The notes beneath the pieces were generated by a model. It saw nothing but the letters and a program-made list of their open reading frames with translations. It had not been told where the DNA came from and made no database searches. From assembly GCA_965222225.1 (NCBI GenBank), contig CBDCTK010000002.1:864001-928000 (forward strand): DNA of 64,000 nt, written 5' to 3'. Source of the stretch: Candidatus Poribacteria bacterium. Its GTDB lineage: Bacteria; Poribacteria; WGA-4E; JAJDTR01. This document shows positions 31,058 to 40,409 of the stretch, piece after piece. How positions within the stretch are numbered: the first letter of the stretch is position 1; each line of letters begins with the position of its first letter. Made by a program: the position numbers and the translations under genes.

Positions 31058-31190
31058 TATTATAATTCAAAGTCTGTTACGTACTGTTTTACTTATCCGT
31101 GTATCATATGCTGTCCTATTCTCAATAGTAGCTATGAGATTGCCCATGTTTGATATGGTACCCCAATTGTGGTTAATTTGCCAATACGCT

Positions 31191-32618
31191 TTAGCCCGAC
31201 ATCCCTACTAACATTACACGCTCGGCTTCCCTTTTTGCCTCTTCCACGATGGATTGACCTTCCTGTTGCAGTGCTTTTGCGTGCTTGCGGATTTCGGCGA
31301 TATGGTCGGCAATTTCGATCTGCTTCTTTGGGTCAGGCAAAATTATCCTTAATTGTTTAACTACGTTCCTTGTTATGCCGGTAACGGTGCCACCTGTTAT
31401 CTCTCTTTTGATTTGGAATTTGCCAAAACACGAGTTTAGGTAGCTCAGCAGGTAAACCGCGTTCACATTATCCCGTGGTCTCAGTAAGAAGAGATGTTCA
31501 TTTATATTCTGTCCTATATGTTCTTTACTCTGAACAATGCCGATTTTTCCTGTAGTTGCACCATCTTTGACTAAAAGCAAATCATTTAGTTGCGTTGCCG
31601 TTCTCTTGTGCAAACTATGAAACTCATGCGGGATGTATTTCGGCCTATTGACTTCTATCTCACATTGATTATTGATATGTTCTCCACCAAAACTCAATGC
31701 TCCAGATTTTATGTTTGCTACGCCACCTTTCGGACGACTTCCGCTTTCTATCATTTGCAATAAATCCCCAAGTCGCTTTACGCTACTTGTGTGTCTTAAT
31801 TGATTGTGTAGAACGTCGTAGCTATTTTGATAATAGAAAGGATCGACCCGCTTACCCGCTATCTCACCAGCATAGACTACATAGCATTTCTTCGCTTCAA
31901 TCGCTGGCATCTCAATTCCCAATTGTGCCGGAATATACTCATCAATTGAAGCCAAAAGCGAGTCTGCTTCCTGTTCTTTTTGCCGCTTCTGTGCATAGGC
32001 GGAGTCGACGGCCTCTGCAATACGATTTTGGACTTCAGGCGGTGAAAACGGCACTCTCAACGCCCGAACTTGGTATAGATCGATATTATCTCTGGCACCT
32101 CCTGACTTTATTCGATCAAAAACTGTTTGAAATGGATCTGAATTTAAAACTGTACATAACCAATGAGGATTTACAACTCTTGAAGGTCTTATGAGACACA
32201 CCGCTTGATTGATATTCGCAGATTCGAATCTATCATAGACACAACTCCTGCCAATTGATGCACCCACAATATTTAGCAAAACATCCCCTTTTTGCAATTG
32301 CGAACGCCTCATCCGTTGGTGTACGTCATCATCAATACAAACCCTTTTGCTCAACGAAAGGGATCCTGCCAATACATTTTCACTTTTTACAAACAGAATC
32401 CCTTCATCTTTGTACTCGTCTCCCTTCCATAAAGGGGTTTCTCCCTTGGTAATAGCGGTAGAAATTGCCCGAAGTCTAACTAGATCGAACTTGCTTGAAA
32501 GTATTCTTTCGCGATTTTCAATGAAAAATGGCTTATAGAAATCCACGCCAAACGTATCTTCAAGTTGGCCCTGATTGAGGATAAAAATCTGACTTTCCCA
32601 ATCAGGGCTTACGCGAAA
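31191..32618 (-). CDS. hsdS: HsdS-like specificity subunit with two TRDs; frame open back to the slippery site with no ATG upstream of the first TRD
   Basis: Two TRD/conserved-helix repeats (ITKGETP..GDVLLNIVGASIGR..PPEVQNRIA; IESGSRPKG..DLLLVKDGATTGK..PKKQIEIA). ORF-track start is GTG 32546 without an obvious SD. Confidence 0.88.
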   Translation of the reverse strand, partial: FRVSPDWESQIFILNQGQLEDTFGVDFYKPFFIENRERILSSKFDLVRLRAISTAITKGETPLWKGDEYKDEGILFVKSENVLAGSLSLSKRVCIDDDVHQRMRRSQLQKGDVLLNIVGASIGRSCVYDRFESANINQAVCLIRPSRVVNPHWLCTVLNSDPFQTVFDRIKSGGARDNIDLYQVRALRVPFSPPEVQNRIAEAVDSAYAQKRQKEQEADSLLASIDEYIPAQLGIEMPAIEAKKCYVVYAGEIAGKRVDPFYYQNSYDVLHNQLRHTSSVKRLGDLLQMIESGSRPKGGVANIKSGALSFGGEHINNQCEIEVNRPKYIPHEFHSLHKRTATQLNDLLLVKDGATTGKIGIVQSKEHIGQNINEHLFLLRPRDNVNAVYLLSYLNSCFGKFQIKREITGGTVTGITRNVVKQLRIILPDPKKQIEIADHIAEIRKHAKALQQEGQSIVEEAKREAERVMLVGMSG

Positions 32619-32621
32619 AAA
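32568..32621 (-). promoter_or_regulatory. Candidate -1 programmed ribosomal frameshift signal
   Basis: Minus strand: T_TTT_TTC (32621-32615), spacer GCGTAA (contains the 0-frame stop), then GCCCTGATTG...CAATCAGGGC perfect 10-bp stem (32608-32599 with 32577-32568). The -1 frame is the hsdS frame. Confidence 0.75.
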
Positions 32622-34893
32622 CCTGGGTCTTCATGTGAGAACCTGCGGTATTCATTGTAGATTGTGTGGAGATCGTTAATCGGGTCCTTTCGGCCCGTTG
32701 CATCATAGCCGATACGCTCGGCAATTGCCATAAAGATTGGATTGTTGGCGTTTTCCTTAATCCATTTACGGATGTCTTCAGCGTTCTTGTCCGCCAACTC
32801 CTCTTTAACCACGTCAATCTTCTCCTTGTATTTCGCTTTAACCTCGCGCTCCCACTCCGAATCGGCAGCGGCTTTGAATGCCTCGCGATATTCCTTCTCA
32901 AGAGTGCCAAGGTCGGCCGTATGTTCTCTCAGTTGAGCGCGCGCTGTCTTCAATTCATATGGCCCAACTTCCCGAACGGTTTGGGAGGTTTCGTCGCGAA
33001 CGAAACGGCTCCGCAGTGATTGAACCTTTTTCGCCGGTTCTTTGCCAAGTTTCTGGTTCAACTCGTCAATAAGATCCAAGATTGCCCGAAATCTTGGTTC
33101 AAACTGTTCTGTGGCTGCGGCTTGTGGTCGACATCCGCGATTGAGTACCAATTTCCGCTCATCCTCAAGTTCCCGGAACCGCCGCGCATATAGTGCTTCA
33201 TTCCTTCCTTTAACCTTATCGATGTTCGCTTGATAAAGACCATACTCCTCTTGTGAAAATTTACGCAAAAACAGTATTGATGGCTTCACCCCTGCGCCGT
33301 AGTGCGAAAAAGCGGTTTGAGGGAGTGAGACGACCGCAAGGATTTGGAAATGTCCTTCGATGTAATCCCTTACGTACTGCAACGAGGAGTTGGTCAGAAT
33401 TCCGTCGGGCAAAATGATTGCGAGTGTTCCTGTCTTCCATTTGAGAAAATCAAAACATCGTTCCAGAAACAGAACCTCTGTTTTTTGAGAAGCGTATTTC
33501 CTCCCAAGTTCATAATCAGCTAGATATGGCGATTCGTCCTTCTTTACGACCGCCCCGAACGGTGGATTGGTGAGAATTACGTCAAATCTCTCTTTATTAA
33601 AACCACTATGCTGGTTGTTGAGGTCATCGAAATTCACCAGCCCGTCGCTACCGATGACATTGCTGTGCCCGTCATCATGGATAATCAAATTCATCTTGGC
33701 GACGCGGGCAATAGAATCGTTGACCTCAATCCCGAAAAGCCGTTTTCGGCGAAATCGTGCCAGTGGGTATAATGTTCTCTGCTATCTTCGGAGTAGTATT
33801 CAGATGCCTCTGTCCGAATGTAATCCATCGCGTGTAACAGAAAGCCACCCGAACCACACGCTGGGTCGAGAATTCTATCTTCATGGTGCGGTGTAACCAT
33901 CTTGACCATGAACTCAACGACCTCGCGCGGCGTGAAATATTGCCCCATATCACCCCTGAAATAGTTTCCGAGAAATCGCTCGAAGGCAATCCCCTTCACG
34001 TCCAAGTCAGTCCGATTCAAATCGATTCCTTGTAGGTGATTCACAACCGAAAATAATCTAGCATCATCAACCCGAATATCCTCTGTAAAGACCTCTGGGT
34101 CTTGTGCTTTGGCTTCCTGATACAATCTGTTGATTCGGTGCGCAACCGATTCAGGGCGTTCACGCGTTTTGATTTGAAAATCGTAGGGCTCGCCCCTCCG
34201 TCTAGCCTTTTTTTCATCCCGAACTTTGACAAAAAGAATTTTGGAGAGTTCATTAAACGCGACCGTCGGTTCAAGCCTGCCCCCCTGCCAAAGTGTATCA
34301 TGGCATTTTTCAAGGGCACGGATGAGATCGTCTCTTTCAACGACCTGTAAATCCCAATCGGGGTCACCTGTCCGATATCGCCATTCGGAGACTGAACCGT
34401 ATCGAACCGGAACATCTGCGATGATGTTTTGGACGCGTTCAAGCGGTTGATGACCTTTAACCTCAAAGAAGCGCCTAGTATTTCCCGCAACAACAGCCGC
34501 GTAGTCTCCGGATAAAGAGTTACAATTCCCGAAAACCTGTTCAATTGCCTGATTGAATTCTGCTTCAGAAATCCTGTCTTTTTTGCATTCTACTACGATG
34601 AAAGGAGTTAGCCGGTCATCGTCCATGAAGACGACCAGATCAGCCGAATCACTTGGTGTCCGACGCGGGACAGTAACCTCCAAGCCCATCGCGTTTTCCG
34701 AATACTGATATCGCTCAATTAACTCGACATAATATCTTGCCCGGACTTGTTCTTCAGGATTGGCAAATCTGTATCTTTTGTTTTGAGCGACATAACGGAT
34801 TGTTGTCCCTTCATTACGGATTGTTGTCCCTTCATTAAGGAACTGGATGTAGCCTTTCCGCTCTCCGATCTGAACAAAATCAATCTGTTTCAT
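32609..34893 (-). CDS. Fused restriction endonuclease (HsdR_N-like) + N6-adenine methyltransferase (type IIB/IIG-like), split by a 1-nt frameshift near 33745
   Basis: PEEQVR..ADLVVF..VECKK nuclease motif, GQYFTPRE, LDPACGSGGFL, then GIEVN..VAKMNLIIHDDG, LTNPPFG, ILPDGIL. One extra A in the A4 run at 33743-33746 joins both ORFs into 761 aa. Confidence 0.9.
34795..34836. repeat. 21-bp in-frame tandem duplication
   Basis: ACGGATTGTTGTCCCTTCATT twice, encoding NEGTTIR-NEGTTIR on the minus strand. Confidence 0.95.
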
Positions 34894-35254
34894 TGATGTT
34901 TCTCCTCGCTCGACGTACCTTTCACTGCGTGCTAGCTAATTTGGGGTGTGGGTTCCTACGGTAATAAATGGCGCCAACCCTATGGCATCAAGATTGAGAT
35001 TGCGTCATTTGAAGAGGGTTGACACAGGATCAGGGTCGTGCTATGCTGTCGCTAGAACCGTATCACTTCATGCGATATTAGATTATACTTAACTATTAAG
35101 TGAATGTCAAACATTACTTAACGCAACCATAGTAACATTTTGCAGGTGTCTTGCTGCCTCCTTGACGCCAATCTGCTTAATTTCGCGGAATCTCTGTAGA
35201 TAGTTGGGTGTGGGAAGCGTAGCAGAAGATTCTATGAAAAGGAGCGTAAAACGC

Positions 35255-35839
35255 ATGAAATATCAACCCCAACACAACACAATATTGAGGCATGTGCTCG
35301 TCTTGATTGGTTTGAGCATCTGTGCACTCTTGGTCTCTTGTGATGAGAAAATCACTTTAGACCTCGTGGATCCGGTGCCTCCGGAAGAGACCGTGGATGA
35401 CCCGATTCAGGAGATGATGCCGGTAGAACCGATTGCTCTGCCGGGGCTTCCAGCCGACGTTACAGGGTACAATCAGTGGTTGAAGTTAAATGCGGAACCG
35501 ATTCCACCGACAGGCGGCGGCGATCCGCACCGCGGCACCAAGGATGTGTACGTGAATCAGGAGCGGGATGTGATTGCACCGGGCGGCCGACAGCGGTTTC
35601 CCTACCCCGATGGATCTATCGTTGTGAAGGAATCGCGCGCAGATTCGGGCTTCATCAGGGTTGTTGCCATCATGCGGAAGAAGGCGGGTTCCAATCCGGC
35701 GGGGAATGATTGGATGTATGAGGAATACATACGCCGCGACGCGGATTCGCCTTTTCCCAACCCGATATCGGGTGCGTTCTGTGGCAGTTGTCACTCGGAC
35801 GCAGCCAACCGAGACTATGTTTTCACCGTGCTTGAATAG
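35255..35839 (+). CDS. Cytochrome P460 family lipoprotein
   Basis: AGGAG SD, lipobox LLVSC, YPDGSIVVKE, MRK..G...NDW.Y, C-terminal CGSCH followed by DYVF. Confidence 0.85.
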   Translation: MKYQPQHNTILRHVLVLIGLSICALLVSCDEKITLDLVDPVPPEETVDDPIQEMMPVEPIALPGLPADVTGYNQWLKLNAEPIPPTGGGDPHRGTKDVYVNQERDVIAPGGRQRFPYPDGSIVVKESRADSGFIRVVAIMRKKAGSNPAGNDWMYEEYIRRDADSPFPNPISGAFCGSCHSDAANRDYVFTVLE

Positions 35840-35946
35840 GTCGGCGCCCTAGAAACTAGAAATCTGATTTTGGCGAATATCGCGAACCTCTGAGGATTGT
35901 TCAAATCCACATGGATGCCCACTAGCTCAATGGAGAATTGAAATAG

Positions 35947-36732
35947 ATGGCAGATATGCTTCGGCTTGTCCCTCAGCCGGACTTGGCGAGTCGAGTGACG
36001 GCTATTCAGCGGGACGGTTTTGTGTATTTCCCTAGCGTGATAAGCCCGGCCGAAATTGCTGAACTTCGCTCGGTAATGGATCGCCTGGAAGAAATACCCG
36101 AATACTTCGATGTGGCTCGAGAATCTTGGTCAAGGTCCTTCAATAACGCCTTTAATCGTGACGAGGTTTTCATACAGTACCTTGATAAACCGGAGATCGT
36201 TGAGTTGGCGGAGAAGATTCACGGCGCCGATTGCCACATCATTGGGATGACCGCATGGATCACGGGTCCGGGACGTCCAGAGCAAACGCTGCATGTCGAT
36301 TATCTGCCGGTCAGCCTACCGGCGGATATATTGGAAGATCCGCGGGTGAACATCCCCGCTTTTATTACCACCGCTCATTTCTATCTTAGCGACATGTACG
36401 AAGAGCTCGGCCCGACGAAATTTGTTCCCGGTAGCCATCTCTCCGGGCGTGAACCGAATGGTGACGCGAAGTGGAAGGGCGCCGGAGAGCGGAGCATCCT
36501 CTGCAACGCGGGTGATGTGGTTGTCTTTTGAAGCGAGGTGTGGCACCGCGGGTCTGCCATCACCAGCAATCAAGAACGGTATTTGCTTCAAGTGCATTAC
36601 GCTCTGCGATGGATTACTCAGAAGTTCCCTCCATATCTAAACAGGTTTCAGTTTGACGAGGGGATGCTTGAAAAGTTGACGCCGCGACAGCGGCGCTTGC
36701 TGGGTGAACACCACCATAGCAACTATGATTGA
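35947..36732 (+). pseudogene. Phytanoyl-CoA dioxygenase (PhyH) family gene with in-frame TGA at 36529-36531
   Basis: LHVD, GPTKFVPGSH, AGDVVVF*SEVWHRG..RYLLQ; the same frame continues to TGA 36732. Confidence 0.85.
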
Positions 36733-36917
36733 GAAAAAAATAATGCGTAATTCGTAATGGCGTGGATTCTACGTTTTGCAGGGAAATAGATACAGAAAGC
36801 TGATGGGTTCGGCGATTCGACTGGCCGATTCTATCCTACAAGGATGAACATTATAGAAACCGAGTTTTCGAGAAAAAAACACGGTTTCTCTATATTGGTT
36901 TCTGATGATATCTTAAC

Positions 36918-38105
36918 ATGACCAACCAAAAGTTTCCCCTTTCCCGTTTTACTGTATTGGATCTGACTCGCGTTCGAGCGGGACCGACAGCCGTGCGCCA
37001 ACTCGCCGATTGGGGAGCAAACGTCATCAAAATCGAATTGCCTGTCTCGCCGGAGAGACTTGATGATGCCAATCGTGGACGTTACGACTCCGACTTTCAG
37101 AATCTTCAGCGAAACAAACGCAGTATGACGCTGAACTTGAAGGCGGCGGCGGGACGCGCCACATTCATGCGCATGGTGAGGCTGGCAGATGTGGTCGTGG
37201 AGAATTACCGCCCGAGCGTAAAGACACGGCTCAAGGTCGATTACGAAGCATGCAAAGCAAAGAATCCGCGTATAGTCTATGCAAGCGTTTCGGGTTTTGG
37301 ACAGGAGGGTCCCTATAGCGGGCGTCCGTGCTACGATCAGATTGCTCAGGGGATGGGCGGTTTGATGTGGATTACCGGCTTTGAAGGGCAGGGACCTTTG
37401 CGAGTGGGTGTGCCCATTGCCGATCTTGCTTCAGGCATGTACGCCGCACTCGGAATACTTACCGCCCTGCTCCAGCGGGAGGAAACTGGCGAGGGCCAGT
37501 GGGTGCATACTTCGTTGCTTGAAGCCCAGATTGCCATGCTCGATTTTCAGGGCGCGCGATGGCTCATAGGGAACGAGGTACCGCCGCAAGCCGGCAACAA
37601 TCATCCGACAGGAATTCCCACCGGCACGTTCGAGATCACGGATGGCTACATCAACATTGCAGCCGCCGGTGGCGACATGTGGGGACGGCTTTGTGACGCC
37701 CTTTCGGCGGCGGAGCTTCGAAATCACCCCGATTACTCTGATGATGCGTCACGGTCACGAAACCGAGATGCGTTGAATCGGGAACTACAGGAGTATTTCT
37801 CTTCCAAGAGCAGCGGCGAATGGATTAATCTGCTCAACGAAGCCGGTGTGCCGTGCGGACCAATCTATCACATGGACGAGATGTGGAATGACCCACAGGT
37901 GGAGCATCTCGAAATGTCCCGTACTGTAGATCATCCGGCGCTTGGCAGGTTGAACGTGGTGCGCCACGCGACAAGCCTGAGCGGTACCCCAAAAATGCCG
38001 TATCGCCCTGCGCCTGCGCTGGGAGAACACACAGATGAAATCCTGCGTGAGTTTAAGTTTTCCGACGACGAAATCGAAGATCTGCGAAAGGGACACGTTG
38101 TATGA
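36918..38105 (+). CDS. Family III CoA-transferase (CaiB/BaiF)
   Basis: VLDLTRVRAGP, RNKRSMTLNLK, DVVVENYRP, SGFGQEGPY, APALGEHT. Confidence 0.95.
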   Translation: MTNQKFPLSRFTVLDLTRVRAGPTAVRQLADWGANVIKIELPVSPERLDDANRGRYDSDFQNLQRNKRSMTLNLKAAAGRATFMRMVRLADVVVENYRPSVKTRLKVDYEACKAKNPRIVYASVSGFGQEGPYSGRPCYDQIAQGMGGLMWITGFEGQGPLRVGVPIADLASGMYAALGILTALLQREETGEGQWVHTSLLEAQIAMLDFQGARWLIGNEVPPQAGNNHPTGIPTGTFEITDGYINIAAAGGDMWGRLCDALSAAELRNHPDYSDDASRSRNRDALNRELQEYFSSKSSGEWINLLNEAGVPCGPIYHMDEMWNDPQVEHLEMSRTVDHPALGRLNVVRHATSLSGTPKMPYRPAPALGEHTDEILREFKFSDDEIEDLRKGHVV

Positions 38106-38917
38106 GCGCAGAAACTGGTTTGCCGGGGAAAATCACGGAAAAACTCATTGTCAGAAAGAGCGCCGGGGTTGGCTATCTCGGCCTGAACCAGCCTGAAAAG
38201 CACAACGCCATTTCGTATGATATGTGGTTGGACATTGCTCAGGTGATTAGTGATTTCGAGGCGGACGACGACATTCGTGTGATTGTGGTTTCCGGTGAAG
38301 GCGGCGCGGCTTTCTCGTCCGGTGCGGATATATCACAATTCGAGCGTCAGCGCCAATCCGCCGAGAACATCAAGGTCTACGATGGCGCCGCGGGGCGTGC
38401 GCAAGACAAATTGACCAAGGTTTCCAAACCGACAATTGCCAAGATTACCGGGTATTGCATCGGCGGTGGTCTTGCGACCGCGCTTTGCTGTGACCTGCGT
38501 TTCGCCAGTGAAGATTCAAAGTTTGGGATTCCCGCCGCCAGGCTGGGCTTGGGGTACGGTTACGGCGGTTTGAAGGCATTGGTGCAACTCGTTGGTCCAA
38601 TACGCGCCAAGGAGATTATGTTCACCGCCAGACAGTTTAACGCGACGGAAGCCTACGATATGGGGCTAGTCAATCGAGTGCTGAAAAAGGATGACTTGGA
38701 AAGCGTCGTAAATGAATACACGGAAACCATAAGCGGTAACGCACCGCTCACGATTAAAGCCTGCAAGCGAATCATCGACGAGATTGGCAAGGATCCGGTC
38801 GACCGCGATCTTAAGCTTTGCAAACGCCTTGTTGATGGTTGTTTCGCTAGTGAAGATTATAAGGAGGGGCGGCGGGCATTCATGGAAAAACGGAAACCAA
38901 GGTTTCGCGGGAGATAG
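38102..38917 (+). CDS. Enoyl-CoA hydratase/isomerase family protein
   Basis: FSSGADI, KPTIAKITGYCIGGG, EGRRAFMEKRKP; ATGA overlap with the CoA-transferase. Confidence 0.95.
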   Translation: MSAETGLPGKITEKLIVRKSAGVGYLGLNQPEKHNAISYDMWLDIAQVISDFEADDDIRVIVVSGEGGAAFSSGADISQFERQRQSAENIKVYDGAAGRAQDKLTKVSKPTIAKITGYCIGGGLATALCCDLRFASEDSKFGIPAARLGLGYGYGGLKALVQLVGPIRAKEIMFTARQFNATEAYDMGLVNRVLKKDDLESVVNEYTETISGNAPLTIKACKRIIDEIGKDPVDRDLKLCKRLVDGCFASEDYKEGRRAFMEKRKPRFRGR

Positions 38918-38987
38918 CTAGATGATGACAATAATCGTAGCCGACATTTCGCCCTTAGATTTCTGAATAAGTTTGGAAAGTGGGAAT

Positions 38988-39512
38988 ATGTCCGTCAACG
39001 AATTGTTAAAGCGTTTGGATGATTACACGGGTTGGGCGGTGTGTTTCTTCGCAGCGTTGCCGCTACTCGCTTTATTGGTTTCATTTCTGTACAAGCGGGT
39101 AATGAGAAGAGCGTTTATCGAATCGGTGTTTTCGGCAATCATATATTTGTCGGCGGTTCCGGGAGTCTTTGCGTGCATTCTAATATTCTATTTGCTTTTC
39201 TTTACCAGAACCAACCTCCTGAACGTTGATATCGTATTTTCGTTCCTACCTATAGTTTCGATGGGTTTGGTTTTCGGCATTATCGGAAAGAATGCGAATT
39301 TTGACAACCTACCGGGTTTTGGGCGATTGACGGGCTTGATGTTGTTGATTGCCATCGTTTCCGGTGTAACATTGGCAATTTACAAGCTTCGAATATTTGT
39401 GGGATTCTTCGCGTCAATAGAGGCTCTGGTAGGGATAGCGGTAGCCGTTTTCGTGTTATTCAAGGTCGGACTGGCAAGGCTCCGCGGTAATTCGAAGAGA
39501 GGGGTATATTGA
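38988..39512 (+). CDS. Hypothetical integral membrane protein
   Basis: About five hydrophobic segments; no family recognised. Confidence 0.7.
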   Translation: MSVNELLKRLDDYTGWAVCFFAALPLLALLVSFLYKRVMRRAFIESVFSAIIYLSAVPGVFACILIFYLLFFTRTNLLNVDIVFSFLPIVSMGLVFGIIGKNANFDNLPGFGRLTGLMLLIAIVSGVTLAIYKLRIFVGFFASIEALVGIAVAVFVLFKVGLARLRGNSKRGVY

Positions 39513-39581
39513 CGCTATCGGCGAGGGTTACGGATTTGCGGATGTGTTTTGCCGATAATTATGGCAGTCCTTTCTGAACCG

Positions 39582-40364
39582 TCAATCCATCGGGTAGAGA
39601 CTGCATCCCCCGTCAACAAGTAGGACCGACCCCGTCATATAGTCCGCCGCGGAACTGCAAAGGAATAGAAAGGCATTCGCTACAGAGTCGAGGGGCTGCA
39701 TTTCACCGAGCGGGATGGCTTTCTGCGCGCGCGCACGATAGCTCGGATCGGTATCCCACTGGTGTTTGGCAAGACCGACACTGACGATTCCGGGGGCGAC
39801 GGCGTTGGCACGAATGCCTCTGTCCGCCAACTCCCGCGCGAATGAGCGCATTAACTGTTTCATGGCGGCTTTGCTCGCATTGTAGGGGCCAATCTCGGGC
39901 CAAGGGACATCCGCCACCCAGGATGTCGTGAAGACAAGATGTCCGGCAACTTCGTCTTCAATCATGGCTCGTGCCGATGCCTTTCCCAACAGGAACGCTG
40001 TCTTAACGTTCACCTGCATCGTCTGCGTCCATTCCTCATCGGAATAGTCAAGCAGCGGTTTTGGAATCACCATGCCGACATGGCAAAGCGCGGTGTGAAT
40101 TGAACCAAACCTGAATCTGGCCGTTTCAATCAGTGTCTCCACGTCCTCTACTCGGGTTAGATCCGCCTGCACGTAAACCGTTTTTTCAAGGTCGATTCCG
40201 GCATCTCGTAGGCGTGTATCGGCAGTTGCCGTGTCCAAGATATCGTTGACTGAGACTCTCGCTCCGTGTTCGGTCAGCTTCTTGACGATTCCCAATCCGA
40301 TGGCGCCGCAACCGCCGGAAATGACGATGTGGCGTTCGGCGATTGCGTCTTCACGGAAACACAT
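39582..40364 (-). CDS. SDR family oxidoreductase
   Basis: SGGCGAIG, YNASK, NAVAPG, VDGG. Confidence 0.93.
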   Translation of the reverse strand: MCFREDAIAERHIVISGGCGAIGLGIVKKLTEHGARVSVNDILDTATADTRLRDAGIDLEKTVYVQADLTRVEDVETLIETARFRFGSIHTALCHVGMVIPKPLLDYSDEEWTQTMQVNVKTAFLLGKASARAMIEDEVAGHLVFTTSWVADVPWPEIGPYNASKAAMKQLMRSFARELADRGIRANAVAPGIVSVGLAKHQWDTDPSYRARAQKAIPLGEMQPLDSVANAFLFLCSSAADYMTGSVLLVDGGCSLYPMD

Positions 40365-40409
40365 ACGCTAACCTCCTATTAGCGGTTTGTGCTCAAATTT
40401 CACCAAGTG

